Shown here: piece after piece, positions 39,878 to 52,370 of the stretch
Layout of the letters: the number at the start of each line of letters is the position of its first letter
How positions within the stretch are numbered: the first letter of the stretch is position 1
Notes under the pieces: generated by a model
Databases searched by the model: none
The model's input: only the letters and a program-made list of their open reading frames with translations
Told to the model about the DNA's origin: nothing
Assembly (NCBI RefSeq): GCF_009914755.1
Contig: NC_060939.1
Origin: the human T2T-CHM13v2.0 reference genome, Homo sapiens
Length of the DNA: 64,000 nucleotides
Strand: one strand, 5' to 3'
Translations under genes and position numbers: made by a program

Positions 39878-42800
39878 GTTTTTTCTTTCAGCCTGCCATT
39901 TTCAGTCACAAACTTTTGCGGAATACCTGTTATGAGGCTTCCACTTTCCATTTATCTCATCTTCCCAAAAACTCTATGAAATCTCTTATTACACTTTTAT
40001 AGATGATAAAACTGAAGCTCAAGAGAGGTTAAGAAACTATCTCAAGTTTACCTAGATAGTAGGTGAGCTGGAGACAAAATCTTTATATAATGATGCTATA
40101 TCCAGTGCCCTTTTCTAATAGTTCAATACATCTAAAATGTACCACAGGAGATCTGATTATGATGGATTAAAAAGTATTAATGTGTCAGTGGTCACAGTCT
40201 TCTCCCCTACCTCTATCACTAAAGAGAATTCTGATTTTGCCCACAGTTTTCCTTTCCCCTTCCCTCCCCTAAAGACAGGAGAGAGAAAATGCATAGCTCT
40301 ACACAATGCAGAAAAGTAGAGAGGAGGTAGGAAAGGAGAGATGAAGAAAGATGTGTGTTATGTATTTAGAGAGAATTTGGGGGGCACTGGAGAAAGAGGA
40401 GCTTTAAAGCAGCTGAGATAAGAAGGGCTTAGAGAGAGAGGAGGATGTTAGTCTCTAAGAAGTTCAAATGAAGGATTTGATTAATGATACATTTCTCTTG
40501 GCTGCTGGACTATGTTTCATTGAATAGGACACTTATTGAGACTGGATCACATGGACCTCATCAATTTATTAGGTTTCATAATCAACCTCCGATCCTGTAA
40601 GATGGAAACCGTCCATGTTTCTGGGTTCAAATATTAAATTTAAGTAGAACCCTCCATTTAAATGCTAGAGGACCAAAACCAGGTCAAGTGATTTGTCCAA
40701 GTTCACATAGGTGGTTTATATCACTTATCAAATGTCTAAAACCATGTCTTCACATTCCAAACTCAAGGCTGTTTCTTTTACACCACATTGGGTTTTCACA
40801 CCATTGCCAATGATATTATGAAGTGAAATTTCGGATCTGAGTGGGACACCACTAGAAACAGAGGAAAATGTGGAGGCTGGATAGTTTCTGGATGCTTATT
40901 CTATTCTTGTCTTCGTGATCTGGTGCACAGTCTCCCATCTCATCGTCAGTCTCTTTCTATTGCCCAGACCAAAACATTTTTTTAAACTACTTATCCTGGG
41001 AGGGTGGTGCCATGAATTCGCGTCATCCCCCAGCCCCTGCAAACTGAATGCCTTGGGTCCATAGATAAATGGTGAATATAATTTAGTATCACTCTGGTGC
41101 AGTGAGTAGTGCAGACAAATAACCTTCACTTTTCCCCAGGTGGGGAAGATGGGCTGTGCACAAAGATGTCCACTGTGCGTGTGTGCAACGGGAGAGGGAG
41201 TCCAAGTTCCAGCCTCTTCCCAGAGAGGGGGGCATAGGAGGAGACAGCACCTGGCTGAGGTGTTACTGTATCTGTGTCCACTTGGGGAGGGGTGAGTGGC
41301 CACAAGTGAGAGGAATACCTCCCAAGGCTTGAATGAGGGCTTCTGGGGCAGGCTTACAGAAATCAGTAGCCAGGAGGGGAAAAGGGCAACCACTTGAATC
41401 CTTTGTGTCTGTAAACACCACTAGCCAACTCTGGCTGGAACTGAGTAACTGTAGGATCAGAAAGCTCTAATCTGCATTTTCCTTTTATGCTGTTTCAAAT
41501 TTTAAAAGTTGTTTTCCAAAAGGGTTATTTCAGAAAGAAATTAAATAAACCTCTAGCCGACCTCAGCTGAACTAAGGGAGGGAAAAGCAGATTTTTACTG
41601 AATCTGAGTTTCAGGAAGCTATGGTTTTTCCTTCTAGAATGTGGTCTCTGTGGTAGTATTTCATGAAGAAACAGGAGAAAAAACAGGAAAGAAGAACTCA
41701 AAGCAAAAGAAAAGGCAGATCCCACGCAGCTTCCTGTCCTAATTGTTCCATGTGGATTCAACTGTTCTCGGTTTTGGGAGAAATATATACTTGTTCAGGT
41801 CTCAAATAATCTGCCCCTGAACTCAAAGGACAATGAGGCCCCCAAACAGTCTTTAGCTATTACCAAACAGGCTTCTTACCCTGGGGACCCCCTTTACTCC
41901 TTAAGCTTATGCTCCCTTTTGCCACAAACAATATTGGGACCCAAAGACAGAGCCAGCACTACTTACAAATTTAAAATCACTAGGCAAGGTACAGTGAATC
42001 AAACAAACTTCACTCCTACTTTACATTTTCAAATCCGTTTGCCCTTACTAGAATAGGTTTGAACTTGCCTCACAATAAGGTAATAAAGGCAAATGGATTT
42101 TAAAAACTTGGGCAGAGAGGAGCTCTGGGAAAATCTAGTTGTCAACACGTATCACCCTGATAGGGCGTTATTTAAAGTATCCATTTATTAGCAAGTTCAC
42201 TTTTGTTTGCTTGTTTTGTTTTTAAAAAACTTTTTATTAGGTAAAATTTGAACATGCACCAAAAAATAGAATCAGATAATGAATCTTGGGACTAGCTGCA
42301 AGTTCACTTTTAAAGCGTTGTTGCCACCCACATCCAGACAGCTGAGGGAGGCTGAGACTGAGATCTGCGTCCCCCCAGGGCCTTTGCTCCGATCACAGGT
42401 AGCAAATGTCAGGGAGAAGCTGGCCAGGGAAAAGCCGCCACAGCCCCCGAGAGGGCTCTGTCCCTGGGGAGGTATGCTCCTTAGCAGCTCTGTTCGGTAA
42501 CTCGGTGGCAGGGAAGGAGGTGGGGTGGTGGGGGTGGGGGTGTTGCTTTCCTTTTGAAATGAGATTCCATGGCCCCGAAACTATGATTCCCTCCCTCACC
42601 CTTTTTGTTTGTGTTGTTCTTGTCTTGGGGATGCAAAGTGCTGTTAACGTGAGCTTCCCCAGCCACAGGGACAGGATCTGTCTAGATGGGGCCACCAGAG
42701 GCAGCTGCTGTGTTTCGGCTCCACTCCAGCACACAGGGTGACACGGAAGGCCTCCATTTCTGATCCATGTATCCAGTAAGCTTTTGGAAACCCATCCCAG

Positions 42801-43649
42801 TTTCGTGGGGTTTGGGGGTGTGTGAATGAGTGAGTATGTGTGTGTGTGGGGGGGGAGAGAAACAGGGAGGGGTGGTCACGTGACAGTCTTTCCAATCTGG
42901 ATCCCAATTAAGCCGACACCAGCCAAAAGAAGAAATCAGTGAGTGAAGTGACCACTTGGCCCTGGCCTTGCAAACCACTGCAGAGTCCGAAGCCCCGAGT
43001 GCTCCCTGGGAAGAGGAGAGCCGAGGACACTCTTCGCCCCTGCTTGCCACTGGGGGCCGCAGTCACCTTCAGCATAGGGGAGTGGGGAGACGCGAACCCC
43101 GCGGGTGGCTCCGGGTGGTGGGCTCCCTCCAGCGCGCAGCTTCCGCTCGCTTTCCCCTCGGCGCTGCAGCCGCGACCTGGGACCGAACGGACACCGCCTT
43201 CCCGGGGCTCCGGCGGCGCTCTGACTCCCACTTTCCTCCGCCGCAGCCTCTGGCAGGGCACCCCCTTGGCGCGACGCCGCGCCCCTCCCCGGGACCGCCC
43301 CCTCGGTCCCCCAGGGTGCGCTCAGCTGCTGCCCGTGCGCCCCGCCAGCTTGAGCGCCCCGGGCGGGCGGCGGTGGAGAAGCCCAGCCCAGCTCTCCCCA
43401 GCCGCGTTCCCGGCCCGCGCTGCTCCCAGCCTGCAAGCCCATGACGTGGCGACGCCGACCGAGACACAAAGACCGAGGCTGAGACCGCCAGGGGTTGAGG
43501 GTGAGGCCGCGTCCCGGGGCCGCTGGAGCGCGGGCGTCATGCGAGACTGTCCCGGCTGCGCGCCGCCCCAGAGGAGTCCGAGCGCCCCCTTCAGCCGCGG
43601 CGCGCTGGCCCTGGCCGGGACTGCAGCCAGGTGGGCGCCGCGCGTGTGA

Positions 43650-43858
43650 GCGCAGACCTGGACTCGGGCGGCGGAGGCGAAAGTCGCTCCATCCGCGGGG
43701 TGCAACCCTGGGCGCGGAATCCGGGCTGCCGGGTGACAGTGACCAGCTGACTCTGGAGCCTACCGGAGGCGCGGCATCGGAGGCCGTGCGGACCACTGCC
43801 GAACAGCCGCTGGAGACCCGCAGAGAAGGGCGGGCCCTGCGCCCGGGGCGCCTCGGAG
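43650..43858 (+). other. Probable non-coding first exon of an unidentified plus-strand gene (start uncertain, possibly as far 5' as ~43100)
   Basis: Consensus donor GAG|GTAAGT (GT at 43859-43860) inside the CpG island, followed by intronic (GT)n; no ATG between 43650 and the donor. Confidence 0.65.
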
Positions 43859-43903
43859 GTAAGTTCGGAGAGCCCGGGCCGGGCGGAGGGCGGGAGCGCA
43901 CGA

Positions 43904-43927
43904 GTGTGTGTGTGTGTGTGTGTGTGT
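43904..43927. repeat. (GT)n microsatellite
   Basis: About 12 GT units, 45 bp downstream of the donor. Confidence 0.92.
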
Positions 43928-46309
43928 TCGCGGTGTGCCCGCGGCTCGGTGCACACGCGCGCGGGTTGTAAAGTCAGGAGCTGCGGGAGCGCCTCCCTGC
44001 CTCGGCTTGGCCCCGGAGCATTGCGGGCCGCGGAGGTGTGGGGGCCCTTGTCGCTGCGCTCAGGGCAGCGGCGGAAAAGGTGTGTGCGGATGCGGGGCGG
44101 GGCCGCACCTGGTGGACAGAGCAGGGATTCGGGAAGAGAAGCCACGGAAGAAGATCCTGCAGTTTGGGGCAAGTTTTCCTGGTTGAGCATCGCTTCAGGA
44201 AACGGTGTTTTGAGGGTTAAATATGTGAGCTATCTGTGCAAAAAGCCTGACACATCAGAGGCGCGAAGTAAGATGGAAAGCTGGACAAGCCCCAGGTGGA
44301 CCGACCGGTGCATCCAATTCTTAAATTGAGATTTCCAGTCACGTTGATGTGGAATGGGATCGTTGTTCTTCCCGAGGGTTTGATAAGGATGCTCAACTTC
44401 ACCTGTCAGAAAGCACGGGAGCTGGGCCTGGCCCGCGGGGAGCGTAAGCTCGCTCACACGCGGTCCAACTCAGGCAAATGCAGCATGCCCGACCTGCTCT
44501 GCCGCCATCCCTCCGAAAGCGATAATTTCCTTGGGCTACCGAATCCATCAGAGTAGTCATTTGTCCCCTCGCCGGCGGTGCGGGGAGCGTAACATTTGAG
44601 TAGCCTAACTCTCACAGCGCGCACTCCAGCATTGTTTTGCTGGAAGATTGTTACTGTGGTAAGCGGCTGGTAGCCTGTGTTAAGCAGCAGGGAAGATAAG
44701 GTTGTGTTCAGGTGCGCTTAATTCAGCGGGAATTAAGTTATGTTTGGTGAAGATCTAAGGAGAGGAAAAATCCAGAGTTTCTGCTATAAACAATATACAT
44801 CTATCTTAAAGGCTTCTCACCCATTTCTCTTGTGGATGGAGCCATGTGGTTGGGAGGTGGTAGAACCATGCCGCCATCCCTGAGGCTGTGGTTGGAGGCC
44901 TCATTGCTGGGCTCTGCAATTTTATGCTCTGTGATATTATGCATGGCATGAAGAGTTGCTAGGAGGAGTGTGGAAGCAGCTTATGTGGCCAGTTATGCAT
45001 CCTTTATTCCAGCAAACGAGCTGCCACTGCTACCTCTCTCTGATGGAGAGGGACGGTAAATGGCCCTTCCTTGTCATTTCTCAGACACCAGCATTACTGG
45101 GCCCGCCCTGCAGGTGGAAGCTAGCTCACTGCTGTGGCCACAGGATGTCTTTTGAATTGACCCTCATTGAGAGCCCGGCGGCAATATTTTGGGTATTGTT
45201 GAAATAAGAGAAGTGGATTAGAGAGAGTAGGATGCCTGGAGTTGTACAATACCCTTTAATGGGTTTTCCTCTTGTGTATCAGAGGAGGGTAGAGCAGGAG
45301 ACGGTGGTGAGTCTGCAGAGAGGGCAAACTTAGAGATTTTCTCAGGCTACTGGAGCCTGGAGGGAAAAACCTTAAATGTCTGATAAATAAAGTCTGATTT
45401 TTATTGTGTGTGTCTGAGAGACTTGCATAGATCAGGGAGTATGTGAAAATAAATGTCAGTTGCCAGAGAAAGAATAGATCAAACAGTTTATTTGAATTTC
45501 TGATGAGTTTGGTGAGGAAGTGTATAGCACTTAACATTTGGAAGGCAGACAAAAGGTTTTGTTGTTGGTGTTATGTTCCTTTTGAATTTTAGATACATAA
45601 TGCGATTTTTTTTCTGGCCAATGCTCCAGGCAAAATTGATGTCTTTCCACTTTCTAAAACCCATCATATTTATGAACTCTCTGATACTCTGTCTGAAACA
45701 GTCGTGCTCCTGTGAGGTTGAAATATCTCTCCTGCCTCTATTCACAGCAGACGCACAGAACTGATCTGGGAATTTTCTCACTCAGGATTCCCAAAATGAG
45801 CCCTTTCTCAAATCTTGACAAACGTGCAGCAGAAGCCATTGTTGCAGTTATGGCTCTGTGCCTGCTGGGCAGGGATTTAAAGGCCAGGAGAAGGCAGGGG
45901 AAGGCCCTGCTCTCTGCTCCAGCCAGGTGGTAATATGCATTCTCAAACTAGCTAGGAAAAGGTTCTAGATTCCTCAGTGAATCTATTGCTGAATCCCACT
46001 GATTAGCTTTTCCCACTGACAGACATTCAAATCTTTGTTTTTGGAGCTTCCTCTGCAGACTTGGTGTAAATTTCAAAAAAAGAAAAGAAGGCTATGAAGC
46101 TTAAGACAGGCAGAGACAGTTGGCTTCCTACCTAGGCATGCTTCAAACTCACTATATGACCTTGGTAAATTATGTAACTTTAATGCATGCTTGTTTTCAC
46201 ATGTGTAAAATGAGAGTATCAGACTAGATCATGGATTTGTTTCCCCTCTTTTTCCCCTTCTCTCTCGAAGAGTAGAACCCTTTAAATTAAATCTTTTATA
46301 AAAGTTAAG

Positions 46310-46791
<482 letters not shown>

Positions 46792-47184
46792 TCACCTAGC
46801 TCAGTGTTATAAATAGTCATGTACCTGTAACTGATCCTCCTGGATGGCTAGCTAAACCCCTACAATGTCAGCTCTGGGAGGACCATAACTTTTTCAGCCC
46901 TGGACCTTCTGAGTCTCACACAGTGCCTGGCATGTAAGTAGGTGCTTAGTGAATGCTTATTGAATGGATTAAGAAATGAAGAGGGAGTAAAGTTATTCTG
47001 GCAGACCAAAGACTGGTGGATGATACACTATGGTGGAAATCTTAGGAGAGCAGGGACTTTGATTTATTTGTTGCTATATCTCTAGTGCCTGGCACAGACA
47101 GATTTTGGCTTATTGTAGGAAGTCCTTTAAAATAATTAAAGTTAATACTGGGAATGGATTGCCCCAAGAGGGGATAGAAGCATA

Positions 47185-47550
47185 TATATGGTGGCTATTA
47201 ATTTTGTTCTTAAAGATTCTGGCTGTCTCTGCTTCTGGGCACATGGTAAGATTGCATTTTCCTGTTAATTTGAAATCAGGTATGGCCATGTGACTTGTTT
47301 GGCCAGAAAGTACATGAACCTTTAAGAGTCAGCAGGTGCCTCACCATGTTCTCCCTTTTCCTCTGTTTCAGTGGTAGTTAAGTCTCCAGAAAGTGGCTGC
47401 TCCTCCCTCAGCCTGGGTCTGGGATTGAGGATGATGTGGAGCAGAGCTTCTTGCTGACGCATAATGGACATGTAGCATTGATAATAAACAAACTGAAATC
47501 TGGGGATTATTTGTTGCTGCAGTGTAACCTAGCATACGTGACTGATGCAA
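47185..47550 (+). mobile_element. Old MaLR LTR (MLT1-type)
   Basis: 'ggccatgtgacttgtttggcca...cagcctgggtc...ggattatttgttgctgcagtgtaacctagc...gactgatgca'. Confidence 0.7.
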
Positions 47551-48609
47551 CATGTAAAGAACTTAGGATCATACTGGCTGCTGATCAGGATAGCAGTGTT
47601 ATCCAGGAAGGCCAGTCCTTGCTGAGACAGGGCTTCATGGGGATCAGGACCTGTGTATGAGCACCACATCGTGGCATGCGGCTGTCATTTTGCCTGGTTG
47701 GAGAGCTTATTTGGTAATATACTCAGGTTAGTCTTTTAGAGAAGGAACATGAAAACCGAAAGTCTGATGCACTGGCTATAATATGCTGATTTCATAGTTT
47801 AGAGAGAAGCAAGTGAAGCTGATAAATGTGTTCAGTGATTGGACAGAATTGTCCATTAAAAGCCGGATAATAAACAGAAGGTGCTTTGTGAGCCAAGAAT
47901 GAAAGCCAGGGGAGTTGGTGGAATGAATTGAATGACTGTGTCATAGGACTGTGACATGCCAATGTATCCTTCATTGTCCAAGTTAGAGAACTACCTGCTC
48001 AATAGACTCCATGCATACGCATGCATGTCATTTAATATTATCCTTAAAGCATGATTTATCGAACACAACTGTATGATTTTTCTGATGCTCTGAGCATTGT
48101 TCCATGCCCTTAGCCAATGGGAGCTCACATGACAGTTTTCTACTGACGTGGCCTGTGAGAACTTCATACTGCAAAAACTCTCAGCCAGTGAGCCCTCCAC
48201 TGTCCCCAACTTCAGTGTCTTACTCAATATGTGTCCAATTCCCTGCACCCTTTCTTCCTGCCATTTACTTTGTGTCCTAGTGAACAATTTTGACCTTCAG
48301 TGGCTCATGTGATTACCCCATTGATCCCTCTTCAATAACACTGGGATCTTGAGGAGAGAAGTTTTATTCAGGAAGCTAAACATGCAAGTTTTAGGGTTAC
48401 TAGAGGAGGCTTCAAGTAACTAACTAAGAAAACAAACAAACAAAGATCAACCAGTCACTAGGAACTGAAAGCTTTAGCATATCCTGGCAGCCTAAAAGAC
48501 TGAACAGTGGTAAGGAGGCAAAATTTGGGAAACAACAAAAGGAGGCCTGTCTCAGCCATGGAAGTTGAAGAAGATGAAAGTCTTTTGGCTACGTGAGTGC
48601 AGAATGGGG

Positions 48610-50820
48610 AGGAGTGAGTAGGTGTGGGTATGGGTGGGTAGTGATTGGGTGTGAGTGAGTAGTGATTGAGTGTGGGTGGGATAGGTAGTGAGTGGATGTG
48701 GTGGGCAGTGATTGGGTGTGGGTGTGGGTGGATAGTGAGTGGGTGGGTAGTGAGTGAGTGTGGGTATAAGTGGTTGCTGAGTGGGTGTGGGTGGGTAGTG
48801 AGTAGGTGTGAGTGGGATAGGTTGTGAGTGGGTAGAGGTGTGGATAGGTAATGAGTGAATGTGGGTGGGGTGGTTAGTGAGTGGGTGTGGGTGTGGATGG
48901 GTAGTGAGTGCATGTGAATGTGGAGAGGTAATGAGTGAGTGTAGGTGTGAGTGGGTAGTGAGGGTGTGGGTGTGTGTAGGTAGTGTGTGGGGTGTGGGTG
49001 GCGTGGGTAGTGAGTGTGTGGGGTGTGGGTGTGGGTGGGTAGTGAGTGTGTGGGGTGTGGGTGTGTGTAGGTAGTGTGTGGGGTGTGAGTGGGGTGGGTA
49101 GTGTGTGGGGTGTGGGGTTGGCAGTGAGTGTGTGGGGCGTGGGTGTGTGTAGGGAGTGTGTGGGGTGTGGATGGGTAGTGTGTGGGGTGTGGATGGGGTG
49201 GGTAGTTAGTGTGGAGTGTGGGGTGGGTAGTGAGTGTGTGGGGTGTGGATGGGGTGGTAGTGAGTGTGTGGGGTGTGGGTGGGGTGGGTAGTGAGTGGGG
49301 TGTGGATGGGGTGGGTAGTGAGTGTGTGGGGTGTGGGTGTGGGAGGGTAGTGTGTGGGGTGTGGATGGGGTGGGTAGTGAGTGTGTGGGGTGTGGATGGG
49401 GTGGGTAGTGAGTGTGTCGGGTGTGGGTGGGGTGGGTAGTGAGTGTGTGGGGTGTGGGGCTGGTAGTGTGTGGAGTGTGGGGTGGGTAGTGAGTGTGGGG
49501 TGTGGGTGTGTAGTGTGTGGGGTGTGGATGGGGTGGGTAGTGAGTGTGTGGGGTGTGGATGGGGTGGGTAGTGAGTGTGTGGGGTGTGGATGGGGTGGGT
49601 AGTGAGTGTGTGGGGTGTGGGGCTGGTAGTGTGTGGAGTGTGGGGTGGGTAGTGAGTGTGGGGTGTGGGTGTGTAGTGTGTGGGGTGTGGGTGTGAGTGG
49701 GTAGTGTGTGGGGTGTGGATGGGGTGGGTAGTGAGTGTGTGGAGTGTGGGGTGGGTAGTGAGTGTGTGGAGTGTGGGTGTGGGTGGGTAGTGTGTGGGGT
49801 GTGGGGTGGGTGGGTAGTGTGTGGGGTGTGGGGTGGGTGGGTAGTGTGTGGGGTGTGGGTGTGGGTGGGTAGTGAGTGTGTGGGGTGTGGATGGGGTGGG
49901 TAGTGAGTGTGTGGGGTGTGGGTGGGGTGGGTAGTGAGTGGGGTGTGGATGGGGTGGGTAGTGAGTGTGTGGAGTGTGGGGTGGGTAGTGAGGGTGTGGG
50001 TGTGGGAGCATAGTGTGTGGGGTGTGGATGGGGTGGGTAGTGAGTGGGTTGTGGATGGGGTGGGTGGTGAGTGTGTGGGGTGTGGATGGGGTGGGTAGTG
50101 AGTGTGTGGGTTGTGGATGGGGTGGGTAGTGAGTGTGTCGGGTATGGGTGGGGTGGGTAGTGAGTGTGTGGGGTGTGGATGGGGTGGGTAGTGAGTGTGT
50201 GGGGTGTGGATGGGGTGGGTAGTGAGTGTGTCGGGTATGGGTGGGGTGGGTAGTGAGTGTGTGGGGTGTGGATGGGGTGGGTAGTGAGTGTGTGGGGTGT
50301 GGATGGGGTGGGTAGTGAGTGTGTCGGGTATGGGTGGGGTGGGTAGTGAGTGTGTGGGGTGTGGGTGTGGGAGAGTAGTGTATGGGGTGTGGATGGGGTG
50401 GGTAGTGAGTGTGTGGGGTGTTGATGGGGTGGGTAGTGTGTCGGGTATGGGTGGGGTGGGTAGTGAGTGTGTGGGGTGTGGATGGGGTGGGTAGTGAGTG
50501 TGTGGGGTGTGTGTGGGGTGGGTAGTGAGTGTGTGGAGTGTGGGGTGGGTAGTGAGTGTGTGGGGTGTGGGTGTGTGTAGGTTGTGGGGTGTGGGTGGGG
50601 TGGGTAGTAAGTGTGTGGGGTGTGGGGTGGATAGTGAGTAGGTGGGCGTGGGTGGGGTGGGTAGTGATGAGATGTGGGTGGGGTAGGCAGTGTGTGTGTG
50701 GGTAATGAGATGTGGGTGGGGTAGGCAGTGTGTGTGTGGGTGTGTGTGGGTAGTGATGAGATGTGGGTGGGGTAGGCAGTGTGTGTGGGTAGTGATGAGA
50801 TGTGGGTGGAGTAGGCCATG
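48610..50820. repeat. G/T-rich minisatellite (VNTR); core unit of 31 bp GGGGTGGGTAGTGAGTGTGTGGGGTGTGGAT
   Basis: Unit read directly (e.g. 49561-49591); variant units and degenerate flanks are present. Confidence 0.96.
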
Positions 50821-51439
50821 AGTATGTGGGATATGGTGGCAGTCAGTCAGGGAATGTTCTCTGTGTTGTGTGGGACTGAGACGTGGGTAGATAGTGTCGG
50901 ATGTGGGTTAAGGTAGGTAGTCTGTGGGCTGGGTGGTTGGCTGTGGGCTCCCACTGTTTGTGCCAATGACATCGGAGCGCTGACTGCCCTGTGCTATGAC
51001 AGATGGTTTACTGCTGCTCCCCTTCCTCTAGCCTGTTGCCCCTGCAGGCATGGCCAGGGTCTCATTTATAGTTTTGTCCTGGTGAGGAGCACAGTGTCTG
51101 GCTCAGGTTGGGTGTTCCCTAGAGCTATTGGGTGAAAGACGGAAAGAACACGGTGATTCTGAAGACGCTCAGCAGGTACGGGAGAAGCCTGACTCTGTAG
51201 TCACAGCAGGAAGGAAAAAGTATTCGGTTATTTAGTTTTCCATAACCTCAGCCTGAGCCAACAGTATACTATGGCCACCAAAAAGATCCTTAGCTGAAAT
51301 TATGGTGTCTAGAATGAGGAATGGAACTCCTGTTCTTTTCTGCACTTCAGGGGAAGGAGACACAATGTGAGAAATGCATGAGCCAATTGGAAATTATTTA
51401 AAGAACCATGGATCATTAGCCCCAAGGTGTGTCTAGTCC

Positions 51440-51620
51440 AGAATTTCCCAGTTAGCCGTCACTGCATCCACTATACCAGAACCTCCAGGGGACCTTATAA
51501 ATGCATATTTCCAGGCCTCATCTGCTGAGTCAGAATCTCTGGAGTGAGGCCAGAGACTTGCTTTATCCCCCATATTTTACAAGGCTGTTGTGAGTTTCCC
51601 GCATAAGGAGAAGATCTGGG
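51440..51620. mobile_element. MER5A-like
   Basis: 'aaatgcatatttccaggcctca...tgagtcagaatctctggagtgagg'. Confidence 0.6.
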
Positions 51621-51979
51621 GTTTGGCTTGAGTTTTTGAGTCAAGAGACTGCACCTGGTAGCCTTCTCTCCATCAACCCAAAAGATGCAGGGAGCTGCAG
51701 CCAGGTCCTGAAGCAAATGGGAGAAATGGGATGTAAGACCCATCCTTAAATACTCGAAGAACTGCCCTTCGAAAGTGGATTTGGCTTCTGCATGTCCCTG
51801 GGGCAGGATGAGGACCAGTGGGTGCAATTGTGGAAGAGGCTGCCTTTGGGAAATTGTGAGTGTTCCCTGTCTTAGAAGCCATCATGCCCAGGCAGGCAAG
51901 AGCAAAGGCCCTGGGCTGGAAGCAGGACTGGCATGTTTGGTTGGTCATAAAAGTACTTCATAAAATCTGCTCTTCCGGT

Positions 51980-52370
51980 TCCCTCTGCCTGGGCTTTGCC
52001 TTCCCCTTCCCCCGCTCCTCCCCACCACCCAGGCAGGCACGTGGTTTGCTCCATTGCCTCCTTCAGGACCACATTCAAAGGTATCTTTCCCCTGCGCCTC
52101 CTCTGACCATCTTGTTTACAGTTGTAATACCTCCCCTTGTTCTTTCTAACCCCTTTTTCTGCTTTTCTCCATAGCACTTTCTACCATCTAATACACTCTA
52201 AATTTTACTTTTCTATTTCGCTTATTATCTGTCTCCCCCACTAGATTATAAGCTCATGAGGGCAGGGTTTTTGTTTTGTTCATTGTCTGCCTTACACCCT
52301 GCTGTATTGCCACCAGCTAAGACAGTGCCTGATGCATGCCAGTTACAAAAGAAACATTTTTGAATGAATA
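51980..52370 (+). mobile_element. L2 3' fragment
   Basis: 'tgtctcccccactagattataagctcatgagggcaggg...acagtgcctg...tgaatgaat'. Confidence 0.75.

Larger units (their letters stand above)
42870..44640 (+). promoter_or_regulatory. CpG-island promoter
   Basis: Sharp rise in GC and CpG density relative to CpG-depleted flanks. GTCACGTGAC at 42875-42884, CCAAT at 42892 and 42904, TGACGTGG at 43442-43449, multiple GGGCGG boxes. Confidence 0.9.

Noticed and set aside
39292-40002. Pro/Ser/Leu-rich ORFs (236 and 218 aa)
   Set aside because: Translation of the polypyrimidine tract.
42689-42707. CTCF-like 'gccaccagaggcagc'
   Set aside because: It departs from the core consensus at conserved positions and cannot be supported without ChIP data.
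43100-43870. Assigning a gene symbol to the CpG-island first exon
   Set aside because: No coding exon lies in the window and I do not reliably recognise the leader. A vague impression of WSCD2 is unsupported; BLAT would settle the identity.
42936-44329. Overlapping 130-320 aa Arg/Pro/Gly/Ala-rich ORFs on both strands
   Set aside because: Expected stop-codon depletion in a CpG island; no recognisable domain.
48458-50819. 517-aa and 537-aa His/Pro/Thr-rich ORFs on the minus strand
   Set aside because: They are translations of the VNTR; its composition rarely produces minus-strand stop codons. There is no promoter, splice or domain evidence.
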